Part shown: piece after piece, positions 37,429-47,195 of the stretch
Layout: every line of letters begins with the position of its first letter
Position numbering within the stretch: position 1 is the stretch's first letter
Origin: Bacillota bacterium
GTDB lineage: Bacteria > Bacillota > SHA-98 > UBA4971
Assembly: GCA_040752635.1 (NCBI GenBank)
Contig: JBFMGS010000003.1
Coordinates: 27,528-91,527, forward strand
Direction: 5' to 3'
Length of the DNA stretch: 64,000 nucleotides
The notes under the pieces: generated by a model
Databases searched by the model: none
What the model saw: only the letters and a program-made list of their open reading frames with translations
What the model was told of the DNA's origin: nothing
Position numbers and translations under genes: made by a program

Positions 37429-38377
37429 CTTTCCGCACCTCCCCGAACTTGCGCGGCATCGTGAACCTGTCTATGAGCGCGGTAGCGGCGTTCATGACCA
37501 GGATCGCGTAACACACACCCTCCGGGTAACCGCCGTATAGCCTGATGAAAACCGTCAGCACGCCACAGCCTATCCCGAAGATGATCTGGCCTTTGGGTGT
37601 GACCGGGCTCGTAACGTAATCCGTGGCCATGAAAAACGCGCCCAGCATGAGCCCGCCGGCCAGCACGTGGAAGAGGGGGTCCTGGCCGAGGAGCGCTGTG
37701 AGCAGCGCAACCGTCCCGATGAAGCTCACGGGGATACGCAGGCTGATATGACCACGGTAGAGCAGGTACGCGGCTCCCACGAGAATGGCGAGGGTCGAGG
37801 TTTCCCCTATGGACCCCGCCACGTTGCCGAGAAACAGGTTGAGGTAAGGCGTTCTTATCCCGCCCAGTTTCAAGAGTGCGAGCGGAGTGGCCGAGCTCAC
37901 CGCGTCAAAGTCAGGTATCCACGGCGCGCTGAAAATCGGCCATCTCCACCTGGTCATGAACACGGGCCACGAAGCAAGCAATACCGCACGGCCGATAAGC
38001 GCGGGGTTGAAGATGTTTTGTCCGAGCCCTCCGAAGATGAACTTCGCAACAGCCATGGAGAACACGGCGCCGATGATCCCCATCCACAGGGGCAGGTCTG
38101 GCGGAAGCACTAGAGCCAGCAAAAGCCCAGCCACCACGGCGCTGTAATCCCCCACCGTTACAGGCCTCTTCATAAGCCGTTGCAAGCCAGCCTCAGTGCT
38201 AACGGCTGCTGCAACGCACAGTACCATCATGGCAAGCGCTCGAAGCCCGAAGAACCAGACCCCCGCAAGAGCAGCAGGCATGAGAGCAAGGACGACATCA
38301 CTCATTATAACGGGCGTTGATACGGCCGTCCGCTGGTGTGGCGATGAAGATACTATAAGCTCGGCACCTTCCATCAA
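37421..38377 (-). CDS. rnfD: Rnf complex subunit D
   Basis: A 318-aa polytopic protein: SSSPH..., NPAL.GR..L, ..ATDYVTSP (RnfD/NqrB family). Confidence 0.9.
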   Translation of the reverse strand: MMEGAELIVSSSPHQRTAVSTPVIMSDVVLALMPAALAGVWFFGLRALAMMVLCVAAAVSTEAGLQRLMKRPVTVGDYSAVVAGLLLALVLPPDLPLWMGIIGAVFSMAVAKFIFGGLGQNIFNPALIGRAVLLASWPVFMTRWRWPIFSAPWIPDFDAVSSATPLALLKLGGIRTPYLNLFLGNVAGSIGETSTLAILVGAAYLLYRGHISLRIPVSFIGTVALLTALLGQDPLFHVLAGGLMLGAFFMATDYVTSPVTPKGQIIFGIGCGVLTVFIRLYGGYPEGVCYAILVMNAATALIDRFTMPRKFGEVRKVA

Positions 38378-38407
38378 TCGATCCCCCCAAGAACACCTCT
38401 AGGTCGG

Positions 38408-39739
38408 TTATTTTGCCTGGACGCGGCGCCTCTTTGCCATGACCTCGGATTTTGCGAGCCTGATGGCCTGCACGAGGCGCCTGCGCGATGGGCATATGAA
38501 GGCGCAGCAACCACACTCTATGCAATCGAGGGCAGACATCCGTTCGGCGTCGTCAAACCTGCCGGCCTCGGCATAGCTTGCGATCCAGAGCGGCATGAGC
38601 CGCATGGAACAGGATTCCACGCACTTGCCGCACCTTACGCACGGCAGCGGATCCCCGAATACGGCCTCTTCCTTACTGAGGAGCAGGACGCCCGACGTGC
38701 CTTTGGTCACCGGGACATCCGTCGTGAACTGCGCGACTCCCATCATCGGGCCGCCGATGATGACCTTTGCCGGTGGGGCGCTGTACCCCCCGCACGCCTC
38801 AATAAGGTCGGTGACCAGCGTGCCGATCTTTACGAGCAGGTTCTGCGGCCGAGCTACGCACGACCCTGCCACCGTGACTACTCGTTCGACAAGGGGCATG
38901 CCAGAATAAACGGCTTCCTTGACCGCCGCTGCGGTGCCGACGTTGTTGACGACAACCCCAACATCAACCGGCAGCCCCCCGGAAGGAACCTCTCGCCCGA
39001 GGATAGCCCAAATAAGCTGCTTCTCGGCGCCCTGCGGGTACTTCACCTTGAGGGGAACGACCGCGAGTCGGTTGTCTCCTTGTGCGGCCTTCGCAATGGC
39101 GGCTATAGCATCGGGCTTGTTCTCTTCTATGCCGATGTAGGCTCTGTCCACGCCTGCAGCCTTGAGAAGGAGCTTCGCGCCGGCGATGACATCGTCAGGC
39201 CGTTCCACCATGAGCCTGTGGTCAGCGGAGAGGTAGGGCTCGCACTCCGCCCCGTTCAGGATCACCGTGTCGAACCTCTTGCCTGGTGGCGGCGTCAATT
39301 TGAAGTAGCTCGGGAACGCGGCCCCGCCCAGGCCTACTATGCCTGCCTCTCGTATTATGGCTTTGAGATCGTCAGGACCGAGCGCATCCACGTCTTTGCG
39401 GGACTCGATGTGTTCGTCGAGGACCTCTTGGCCGTCGGACTCGATCACCACGGAAAGAACGTCCCTTCCGCCTGATTGTGGGCGTGTGGAAATCTCCACG
39501 ACCTTTCCGGAGACGCTGGCGTGAACGGGTGCGGTCAGCTTGGCGCTGCTATCGCCTATTTTCTGCCCGACCTTGACCTCGTCGCCGACCTTCACCAGGG
39601 GATCACACGGCGCTCCGGTATGCTGGTGTAAGGGGATTACAACCCTCTTTGGAGGCGGCATCCTTCTTATCGGCTTTGCAGCGGTGGCCTCTTTATTGTA
39701 ATGGGCGTGAACTCCTCCTCTGAAGCTTCTCGCTACCAT
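38408..39739 (-). CDS. rnfC: Rnf complex subunit C (NADH-binding, 2x[4Fe-4S])
   Basis: GGVH...K, GLGGAAFP, CVRCGKCVESCS and CIECGCCAFICPS. The ATG at 39739 is preferred over 39796. Confidence 0.9.
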   Translation of the reverse strand: MVARSFRGGVHAHYNKEATAAKPIRRMPPPKRVVIPLHQHTGAPCDPLVKVGDEVKVGQKIGDSSAKLTAPVHASVSGKVVEISTRPQSGGRDVLSVVIESDGQEVLDEHIESRKDVDALGPDDLKAIIREAGIVGLGGAAFPSYFKLTPPPGKRFDTVILNGAECEPYLSADHRLMVERPDDVIAGAKLLLKAAGVDRAYIGIEENKPDAIAAIAKAAQGDNRLAVVPLKVKYPQGAEKQLIWAILGREVPSGGLPVDVGVVVNNVGTAAAVKEAVYSGMPLVERVVTVAGSCVARPQNLLVKIGTLVTDLIEACGGYSAPPAKVIIGGPMMGVAQFTTDVPVTKGTSGVLLLSKEEAVFGDPLPCVRCGKCVESCSMRLMPLWIASYAEAGRFDDAERMSALDCIECGCCAFICPSRRRLVQAIRLAKSEVMAKRRRVQAK

Positions 39740-39983
39740 GTCGCGTAACACTCCTCCTTGCACCTGCCAGGCCAGCTTCCGTGCAGTATGGCGCACAAAG
39801 TCAAGCAGGCGCTTTCCGCGCCTGGCTTACGTCGCAAATGAGCAGTTGCTGCGGCGTACAGTCGAATCCGCTCGGACACCAAGATACACTTCTTGATTGT
39901 TTCGCTCGTTCCTGCTATGCTTCCGGACTATTTCGCCCGTACAGTCTTTCCACGCACTTACGTCGCACTTGCGTCAGGCCGCA

Positions 39984-40727
39984 TCACACCACGCGCCCTT
40001 CGTGCGTATACACGTTCATCCGCTGCTCCCGTGCGAACCCGACAAGGGTTACGCCCGCCTCGTAAGCAAGGGCAACGCCCTCGGCTGTAGGGCCGGCTCT
40101 GGACGAGATAAGTGCAATGCCGGCTCCGGCTGCTTTTCGCACCACATCCGATGAAACCCTGCAGGATACGGCGAGTCCTGCCCGGTGAAGGTCCAACCCC
40201 GCGAGGAACGCCCCGCCAACGGCCTTGTCGATGGCATTGTACCTCCCGATGTCTTCGAAGAACGTCCCGGGTTCACAACCTTGCTCACAATCGATGATCG
40301 CTGCGAAGTGAGTGCCCCCTGTGCGCCTGAAAAGCTCCCCTCTTGTGAGAAGCCTCTCCATCGTGGCAAGGAGAGCCTCGGCCCGGAACACGGGTTCTCC
40401 AGGGCCTCCCACACCTTCCCTTCCCGGCCCGACCTTTTTGCACCTCGCTCTTGGTGCTGCACGTATATCTATGATGATATCACAATTGGACAATACCTGC
40501 ACGCTATGGAGTTGGTCTCTGGCATCGAGAAATCCGGACGAGACGAGATAACCCGCCCCAAGTTCCACAAGGTCCCTGGGACTGCAGCGAAACGCCGCGA
40601 CCTTCTCTCCGTTCAGTTCCAGGGTCACTCGAGCTTCGCTCGGGATTTCGTCAGTCACCTCCATTCGCGCGCCCTGTTCGAATCTTATCAAACGGCATAC
40701 CGATATTCCCTCGAGCGCTCCGCCCAT
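39984..40727 (-). CDS. fdhD: Formate dehydrogenase accessory sulfurtransferase FdhD
   Basis: ..E.P..L.LNG......C.P.DL.ELG.GYL.S.G..., with GTHFAA.. and a C-terminal ..SRAGPT..GV.LA...G.TLVGF.R. Start chosen at M52 of the ORF-track protein. Confidence 0.8.
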   Translation of the reverse strand: MGGALEGISVCRLIRFEQGARMEVTDEIPSEARVTLELNGEKVAAFRCSPRDLVELGAGYLVSSGFLDARDQLHSVQVLSNCDIIIDIRAAPRARCKKVGPGREGVGGPGEPVFRAEALLATMERLLTRGELFRRTGGTHFAAIIDCEQGCEPGTFFEDIGRYNAIDKAVGGAFLAGLDLHRAGLAVSCRVSSDVVRKAAGAGIALISSRAGPTAEGVALAYEAGVTLVGFAREQRMNVYTHEGRVV

Positions 40728-41355
40728 CCGGTAAACCTCCGATAATCTTGCTGGCCCGCGCCAGATCTGACGGGGTGTTAACGTTGAAGAACGAAAGCCC
40801 CTCCGGATCCAGCTTGCGCCACAGTTCTTCGTCAACGTACTTAACGCGCACTTCGTCGAAAAGCGGGGCAATCCTCGCACAACCCGATGAAGCCAACCGC
40901 TCTATAACCCCGATACAACCTTTGGAATAGGCTGCGCAGAGCGGCTCCACAAAGCCCCGGCTCGCGATGCGCGGCACCACAGCATCTGCGTCCCTGGAGA
41001 TCTCCGCCAGGTACGCCAGAAGGCATCCTTCGAGGAAAGGCATGTCGCACCCAATCACAATGGACTTTTCAGTGCGGGCCGCAACAAGCCCGGCGTGTAT
41101 GCCCGCAAGAGGCCCCCCGCACGGGAGCACGTCCATGGTCAACTCGACGCCCTGCTGCTCCAAAAACCGCAGCCGCTCCGCATCGCTCGGGCCTGAAACC
41201 ACCACAAGCACGTTCTCGGTCACCGAGCCGAGCCGGGCCAAGGTCCGTTCTATCAAGAGCTCGCCGCCCAGACGGATGAGGGCCTTGTTCCGTCCTATCC
41301 TCGATCCCTTGCCGCCGGCGAGAACGATGCCAGTTACATCACTTGTACTTGTCAA
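40651..41355 (-). CDS. mobA: Molybdenum cofactor guanylyltransferase MobA
   Basis: GIVLAGGKGSRIGRNKALI.LGG..L. Confidence 0.8.
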   Translation of the reverse strand: MTSTSDVTGIVLAGGKGSRIGRNKALIRLGGELLIERTLARLGSVTENVLVVVSGPSDAERLRFLEQQGVELTMDVLPCGGPLAGIHAGLVAARTEKSIVIGCDMPFLEGCLLAYLAEISRDADAVVPRIASRGFVEPLCAAYSKGCIGVIERLASSGCARIAPLFDEVRVKYVDEELWRKLDPEGLSFFNVNTPSDLARASKIIGGLPDGRSARGNIGMPFDKIRTGRANGGD

Positions 41356-44300
41356 GGATACCCCGCACCTTCCGGGGCGTCAGCCTCCCGTAAGTATCGT
41401 CGTTGATCATCATCGTGGGGGCGAGGCCGCACGCGCCGAGGCATGCCACGGGCTCCAGAGAGAATCTCAGGTCGTCGGTCGACTCGCCTGGGCCGACCCC
41501 GAGCACGCTCGTGACTTCCTTGAGTATGTCGCGGCTCCCCCTCACGTGGCACGCGGTGCCCTGGCAGACCCTTATTATGTTTCTACCCCTGGGCTTTAAG
41601 CGGAACTGTGCGTAGAACGTCGCCACGCCGTACACCCTGGCGAGGGGAACCCGGAGAAGTTTCGCGGCACGTTCAAGCGCCGGCCTAGGGAGGTAGCCGT
41701 AGACATCCTGCATTTTCTGGAGCATCGGTATGAGAATGCCTTCCCGAGCCTCGAACCCCTCGTATATTTCGTCAACCTTCCGGAGATCGATGCCCTCCCG
41801 GATAGTCTGCACACGGGTTCTCGCGGCTGCCAGGTCCGGTCTCGCCGCTCCCGGCAGATGGGCGCGCACCACCCTCACTGCGCATACCTTAAGCTCAGGG
41901 ATCTTCGCAATCTTATCAACGGCCGGGTTCGTCAGCACGTTTGCTGCTGCCTCGGCGAAGTGGAATGGCATGAAGACCGTGCCAGGCCTTATGCCCTCGG
42001 TTACCTTCGCCTGAGCCACAACCTCGCCTCGCCTCGATACAAGCTTCACTGCGTCCCCATCGGCGATGCCGTGCCTTTCGGCGGTGGCCGGGTCGAGCTC
42101 CACGTACGCGCCCGGGCACAGCCAGTTAAGACCCGACGACCTTCTCGTCATGGAGCCGGTGTGGTAGTGGTAGAGCACCCTCCCCGTGGTGAACACAAGC
42201 GGATACTCATCATCTGGAAGCTCGTCCGGCGGGATGAAATTGACCGGCGAGAATTTCCCGAGCCCCCTCGAAAACCTGTCCTTGTGGAGGAACTTCGTGC
42301 CCGGATGGCTTACAGACGGGCACGGCCACTGGAGCCCATCCGATCCCAGGCGCCCGTGGCGGATGCCTCCGTAGATCGGTGTGAGTAGAGCTATCTCTTC
42401 CATGAGCTCCGCGGTGGAACGGTACTCCATGCGGTACCCCATCCGCCGCGCGAGGTCCATGATGATCTCCCAGTCAGACCTGGCTTCTCCAGGAGGGTCC
42501 ACGGCTTTGGACACAAGTTGCACACGCCGCTCCGTGTTCGTGAAGGTCCCGTCCTTTTCCGCGAAGCTCGCGGCGGGCAGCACCACATCGGCCAGGGCGG
42601 CTGTCTCCGTGAGGAATATGTCCTGCGCCACGAGGAAATCGAGATTCTCCAGGGCTCCTCGTACGTGCCCGATATCGGGATCGGACACCACAGGGTTTTC
42701 GCCGCAGATGTACATCGCCCGGATGTCGCCCCTCGCCGCGGCAGAGAACATCTCCACTACCGTGAGGCCCGGCTTTCGGGGCAGGTCCACCCTCCAGGCA
42801 GCTTCAAACCTGGCCCGGGCCGCATCGTCGTCCACCCTCTGGTACCCGGGGAAGAAATTCGGCAGCGCCCCCATGTCGCACGCGCCCTGGACGTTGTTCT
42901 GCCCGCGGAGCGGGTTCACCCCTGTGCCTTCCCTGCCCACGTTGCCGGTGAGCATCGCGAGGTCGGCTATGGCGAGCACATTGTCGGTCCCGGTGGTGTG
43001 CTGGGTAATTCCCATAGTATACAGGATCGTTGCGCGCTCGGCCTCGGCATACAGGTGCGCCGCGCGCACGATGTGCCCGGCAGGGACACCCGTGATCCCC
43101 TCAACGAACTCCAGCGTGTAAGGCTCGAGCGACCGGGCGAACTCCTCAAACCCTTCCGTCCGCTCGGCCACGAACTCCTTATCGAAAAGGCCTTGTTTCA
43201 GAATGACCCTCATGATCCCACACAGGAGCGCCACGTCCGTCCCGGGGATGTGCTGCAGATGGACATCGGCAAGTTCCGCAAGCTCGATCGTGCGCGGATC
43301 CGCCACGATGAGCTTTGCGCCCCGGGCCACTGCTTCCTTCACTCGCAGAGCGATCACCGGGTGTGTCTCGGTGGTGTTGGACCCGATGATGAAGATGGCG
43401 TCGGCCATGGCGATCTCATCTATGGAGTTGGTCATGGCGCCCGACCCAAACGCGGCCGCGAGCCCGGCCACTGTTGAGGCGTGGCACAGCCTGGCGCAGT
43501 GGTCCACGTTATTCGTGCCGATGACAGCCCGCATGAACTTCTGCATTACGTAGTTCTCTTCGTTGGTGCACCTCGCCGAGGAAAGCCCGGCCACGGCGTC
43601 CGGACCGTACCGTCCCTTTATTCCCGAGAGCCTTGCCGCCACGAGCTCGAGCGCCTCGTCCCACGTGGCGGGGGCAAGGTTCCCGTCACGCCTGACGAGG
43701 GGCTGCGTCAGCCTCTCGGGATGGTGGATGAACTCGTAGCCGAACCGGCCTTTCACGCAGAGTCGTCCGTGGTTGGCGGGCCCGTCGCCCGGCTCTACTC
43801 CCACGACCCTGCCGTCCTTCACAAGGAGGTTGATGGCGCACCCGGTACCGCAATACGGGCAGATGGTTGGCACCTTCGTCTTCTCCCACGAGCGGCCGGT
43901 CATCTTCTCGAGCTTCGGAGAAAGCGCGCCCACGGGACAGCTAGCCACGCAACTGCCGCAGAAGACACAGGGCGATTGGTCAAGGCCCTCATCGTACGCA
44001 GGGGTTATCCTTGCGTCAAACCCCCGGTACGCATAGTCAATGGCACCTACCCCCTGGACCTCGTGGCACACCCGCACGCACCTGCCGCACAGGATGCACT
44101 TCTCGTTGTCGCGTTCGATGAACGGGTTGTTCCGGTCAACAACGGGCTTCCTCGTGTGCCCGACGAGGGTCGGGCCTCTTACTCCATACTTGTACGCGTA
44201 TTCCTGAAGCTTGCACGCTCCGTTTTTCTCGCACGTCAGGCAGTCCTTCGGGTGATCCGATAGTAGAAGGTCGAGGATGAGCCGTCGCGACGTGAGGATC

Positions 44301-44536
44301 CTCTCAGTCTGGGTATGAACCACCATCCCATCTGCGACGGGCATTGCGCATGAAGCCACCGGCCCTTTCGCGCCCTCGACCTCCACCACGCAGAGCCTGC
44401 ACGCCCCTACTGCGGACAGCGCCGGATCATGGCAGAGCGTAGGGATCTCCGCACCCGCCACCGTTGAGGCCTCGAGCACGGTCGTGCCGGGTTCGACGCT
44501 CACCTGTTTTCCGTCAATGGTCAACGTGTACGGCAT
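41339..44536 (-). CDS. fdhA: Formate dehydrogenase catalytic subunit (Cys-type, Mo/W-bisPGD) with N-terminal NuoG-like Fe-S domains and a fused C-terminal NuoE/HydC-like [2Fe-2S] domain
   Basis: N-terminal 2Fe-2S (C..C..C) and 4Fe-4S motifs. The MopB core has the active-site region VDHCARLCHASTVAGL, with Cys where Sec-type enzymes have U. The last ~170 aa (41342-41860) read ...YGYLPRPALERAAKLLRVPLARVYGVATFYAQF...IRVCQGTACHVRG...ACLGACGLAPTMMIND, a NuoE-type thioredoxin-like ferredoxin. Confidence 0.85.
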   Translation of the reverse strand: MPYTLTIDGKQVSVEPGTTVLEASTVAGAEIPTLCHDPALSAVGACRLCVVEVEGAKGPVASCAMPVADGMVVHTQTERILTSRRLILDLLLSDHPKDCLTCEKNGACKLQEYAYKYGVRGPTLVGHTRKPVVDRNNPFIERDNEKCILCGRCVRVCHEVQGVGAIDYAYRGFDARITPAYDEGLDQSPCVFCGSCVASCPVGALSPKLEKMTGRSWEKTKVPTICPYCGTGCAINLLVKDGRVVGVEPGDGPANHGRLCVKGRFGYEFIHHPERLTQPLVRRDGNLAPATWDEALELVAARLSGIKGRYGPDAVAGLSSARCTNEENYVMQKFMRAVIGTNNVDHCARLCHASTVAGLAAAFGSGAMTNSIDEIAMADAIFIIGSNTTETHPVIALRVKEAVARGAKLIVADPRTIELAELADVHLQHIPGTDVALLCGIMRVILKQGLFDKEFVAERTEGFEEFARSLEPYTLEFVEGITGVPAGHIVRAAHLYAEAERATILYTMGITQHTTGTDNVLAIADLAMLTGNVGREGTGVNPLRGQNNVQGACDMGALPNFFPGYQRVDDDAARARFEAAWRVDLPRKPGLTVVEMFSAAARGDIRAMYICGENPVVSDPDIGHVRGALENLDFLVAQDIFLTETAALADVVLPAASFAEKDGTFTNTERRVQLVSKAVDPPGEARSDWEIIMDLARRMGYRMEYRSTAELMEEIALLTPIYGGIRHGRLGSDGLQWPCPSVSHPGTKFLHKDRFSRGLGKFSPVNFIPPDELPDDEYPLVFTTGRVLYHYHTGSMTRRSSGLNWLCPGAYVELDPATAERHGIADGDAVKLVSRRGEVVAQAKVTEGIRPGTVFMPFHFAEAAANVLTNPAVDKIAKIPELKVCAVRVVRAHLPGAARPDLAAARTRVQTIREGIDLRKVDEIYEGFEAREGILIPMLQKMQDVYGYLPRPALERAAKLLRVPLARVYGVATFYAQFRLKPRGRNIIRVCQGTACHVRGSRDILKEVTSVLGVGPGESTDDLRFSLEPVACLGACGLAPTMMINDDTYGRLTPRKVRGILDKYK

Positions 44537-44541
44537 CGCCC

Positions 44542-46554
44542 CTACCTCCTGAGTATCGCATCAAAGCGGCACTCCTTTTCGCACGCCCCGCACTTGATGC
44601 ACCTGTCTTGCAGGATCTCGTATGGCTTCTTACGCGGAACGCGACGCCCGGATAGCTCCTCTCCGGACTCGCCCTCGCCCTCGCCCTCGCCCTCGGGCAT
44701 CTTGGGGACCTCTATCGCCCCGGATGGGCAGACCTTCGCGCAAAGCCCGCACGACCTGCATTTCTCCGCCAGGATGGTGTAGCTTGTGAGCGCCTGACAC
44801 ACTCCAGCAGGACATTTCTTATCCTTTATGTGGGCCTCGTACTCGTCCCGGAAATACCTCACAGTGCTCAAGACGGGATTCGGGGCCGTCTGGCCGAGGC
44901 CGCACAGGGAAAGCTCTTTAACCCGCGTGGCAAGCTCGGTAAGAGTGTCTACGTCCTCCATGACACCCTTGCCTTCTGTGATCCTGTTCAGGATCTCCAG
45001 CATCCGTAGCGTGCCGATGCGACAGGGGACGCATTTCCCGCACGACTCGTTCTGGACAAACTGCAGGAAAAAGCGGGCGAGGTCAACCATGCACGTGTCC
45101 TCGTCCGCGACCACCAGGCCCCCTGAACCCATTATAGCTCCGGCTCCGGTCAGCGACTCGTAATCGACAGGGAGGTCAAGCAGGGACTCGGGAAGGCACC
45201 CGCCCGATGGCCCTCCGATTTGGACGGCTTTGAACTTCCTATCATCCTTGATGCCGCCCCCGATGTCAAAAACCACCTCGCGCAGAGTCGTACCCATAGG
45301 CACCTCGACCAGGCCTGTATTCTTGATTTTGCCTGCGAGTGCGAATACTTTCGTGCCCTTGCTCTTCTCGGTGCCGAACCCTGCGTACCAGGCCGCACCG
45401 TTTCTTATGATCGACGCCACGCTGGCGTAAGTCTCGACGTTATTGATGTTCGTCGGCATCCCGAAAAGGCCGCGCACAGCCGGAAAAGGCGGCCGCGGCC
45501 GCGGCATGCCACGTTCGCCCTGGATTGACGCAAGGAGTGCGGTTTCCTCGCCGCACACGAAGGCCCCCGCGCCTTCCTTGATAACGATGTCAAACGAAAG
45601 CTCGGACCCGAGGATGTTGTGCCCCAGGAAACCGTATTCCCTTGCCTGCGCTATAGCGAGCTTGAGCCTGGACACCGCGAGGGGATATTCCGCCCGCACG
45701 TAAATGTAACCTTTCTCGGCACCTATGGCGTACGCCGCGATGATCATCCCCTCGAGTACCGCGTGAGGATCCCCCTCCAGCACGCTCCTATCCATGAACG
45801 CTCCGGGGTCTCCTTCATCGGCGTTACACACCACAAACTTCCTCTCACCGGGGGACTTCCTAGTGAACTGCCACTTCATCCCCGTGGGGAATCCTGCCCC
45901 GCCACGGCCCCGCAGCCCGGACTTCTTTACTTCCTCGATCACATCTTCCGGCGTCATCTCCGAAAGGATCTTCGAGAGCGCCACGTACCCCTCGTGGACC
46001 AGGTATTCATCGATGTTCTCCGGATCGATAAAGCCGCAATTACGAAGCACAACGCGGTGTTGCTTCGAATAGAACGGAAGGTCCTCGTATGGCCTGGTCT
46101 CGTCGAGAATCTCCCCGACGACCCATTCAGCGACAGGCTTCTTGCCGACAAGGTGCTCGACCACGATCCTTTCAACCATGTCAGGCGTAACCCGGCCGTA
46201 GGTCACCCTGGGTGATCCCGCCAGTACAACATCGACCAGGACTTCCTGCTCGCACATGCCTATACAACCTGTGCGCTCGAGCGTGGCAACCACTCCAGCG
46301 CCCTCGAGTGCCCTTTGGAGTGCGTCGAACACCTCGCCCGCCCCCGCGGCGATGCCGCAGGTACCCATACCCACGATCACCCGTGCGGGTGCATCTTCAC
46401 GCCTCACACGGGCCGCGAGGGTCTTACGCAACTCCCGGCATCCTGGATTGTCATGGCATACCGGGCCCAGGACCCGACATTTGACGAAATCGGGGCAGGG
46501 CTTTTCGCCGAAATGCGTGCACTTGTCACAACACTTGAAGAGCAATAGCCCCAT
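44542..46554 (-). CDS. NuoF/HydB/HylB-like NAD(P)H-binding flavoprotein Fe-S subunit of the formate dehydrogenase complex
   Basis: GLRGRGGAGFPTG.KW, the FMN/NADH site (CNADEGDPGAF.DR), a SLBB domain, ESCGKC.PCR, and two C-terminal ferredoxin motifs. The ATG at 46554 is preferred over 46623. Confidence 0.8.
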   Translation of the reverse strand: MGLLLFKCCDKCTHFGEKPCPDFVKCRVLGPVCHDNPGCRELRKTLAARVRREDAPARVIVGMGTCGIAAGAGEVFDALQRALEGAGVVATLERTGCIGMCEQEVLVDVVLAGSPRVTYGRVTPDMVERIVVEHLVGKKPVAEWVVGEILDETRPYEDLPFYSKQHRVVLRNCGFIDPENIDEYLVHEGYVALSKILSEMTPEDVIEEVKKSGLRGRGGAGFPTGMKWQFTRKSPGERKFVVCNADEGDPGAFMDRSVLEGDPHAVLEGMIIAAYAIGAEKGYIYVRAEYPLAVSRLKLAIAQAREYGFLGHNILGSELSFDIVIKEGAGAFVCGEETALLASIQGERGMPRPRPPFPAVRGLFGMPTNINNVETYASVASIIRNGAAWYAGFGTEKSKGTKVFALAGKIKNTGLVEVPMGTTLREVVFDIGGGIKDDRKFKAVQIGGPSGGCLPESLLDLPVDYESLTGAGAIMGSGGLVVADEDTCMVDLARFFLQFVQNESCGKCVPCRIGTLRMLEILNRITEGKGVMEDVDTLTELATRVKELSLCGLGQTAPNPVLSTVRYFRDEYEAHIKDKKCPAGVCQALTSYTILAEKCRSCGLCAKVCPSGAIEVPKMPEGEGEGEGESGEELSGRRVPRKKPYEILQDRCIKCGACEKECRFDAILRR
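44671..44694 (-). repeat. Hexanucleotide microsatellite (GCCCTC)4 coding for (EG)n in the linker between the two C-terminal ferredoxin motifs
   Basis: There are four perfect units at 44671-44694, which translate as EGEGEGEG on the minus strand. Confidence 0.9.
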
Positions 46555-46632
46555 TTCTCTCACCCTCACCCCTGTAGGCCGCCTTCGGCAGGCGATGTCG
46601 GGAAGCTGGCAGCACGCTCGCATCTGCCAGCC

Positions 46633-47064
46633 TCATCCGGCCCCTACGAGCTCCTCCACCTCATCAGGAAAGAAAATGGCGACTTCGCGACTGAAGCTCT
46701 CAGGAGAGTCCGAGGCGTGCACCACGTTCTCCGGAAGCACAGTGCCGAAGTCGCCGCGAATGGTGCCCGGCGAAGCGTCTGCAGGGTTAGTCGCGCCGAT
46801 AAGAGTCCTTGCAACCTTGATGGCATCGCTGTCTCTCTCGAAGACGATTAGAACAGAGGGGCTGCCTGTCACATAGTCAAGGAGTTCCTCGAAGATAGGC
46901 CGATCCGCGAGGTGATGGTAGTGGCGCGTCGCATCTGCCCGCGCGATGGTCCGCACGTCCAGCTTCACGATGCGGAAACCCCTTCGCTCAAACCGGTCGA
47001 TCACCGTTCCCACAAGCCCGCGCCTGACGCCGTCGGGCTTCACTATTATCAATGTGCGCTCCAT
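46633..47064 (-). CDS. ndk: Nucleoside diphosphate kinase
   Basis: MERTLIIVKPDGV.RGLVG.VI.RFE.RGF.I... and NVVHASDS (catalytic His). The ATG at 47064 gives a 143-aa protein. Confidence 0.9.
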   Translation of the reverse strand: MERTLIIVKPDGVRRGLVGTVIDRFERRGFRIVKLDVRTIARADATRHYHHLADRPIFEELLDYVTGSPSVLIVFERDSDAIKVARTLIGATNPADASPGTIRGDFGTVLPENVVHASDSPESFSREVAIFFPDEVEELVGAG

Positions 47065-47195
47065 ATTGTCACCCCTCGAACCAGGCTCGGGCGACCCTGT
47101 GCGCTCGCTCCCAGTCTGTAGGTAAGGGCGAGCCGAGGTTGCTTCAAAGCCGGCCATCGCAAGTTCGCGCCTTTTCTCGCCAGTGGGTCCCACTT

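Noticed and set aside
39806-39824. A hairpin (CAGGCGC-TTTCC-GCGCCTG) between fdhD and rnfC, considered as a terminator separating the FDH and Rnf operons.
   Set aside because: The 7-bp stem has only a weak U-containing tail (CUUGACUUUGUG on the minus strand). It lies just ~70 nt before the rnfC start, with no convincing promoter in between. I cannot decide whether it terminates transcription, so it is not reported as a feature.
42941-42951. An 11-nt match to the repeat cap (GTTGCCGGTGA) inside fdhA.
   Set aside because: It is an isolated short match within well-conserved coding sequence (…LTGNVG…), with no partner arm or flanking octamer. It is most likely chance in GC-rich DNA.
43400-43560. 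Possible selenocysteine (in-frame TGA plus SECIS) in the formate dehydrogenase active site.
   Set aside because: The ORF is uninterrupted, and the active-site position is encoded as Cys (HCARLCHASTVAGL). There is no in-frame stop, so this is a Cys-type enzyme.
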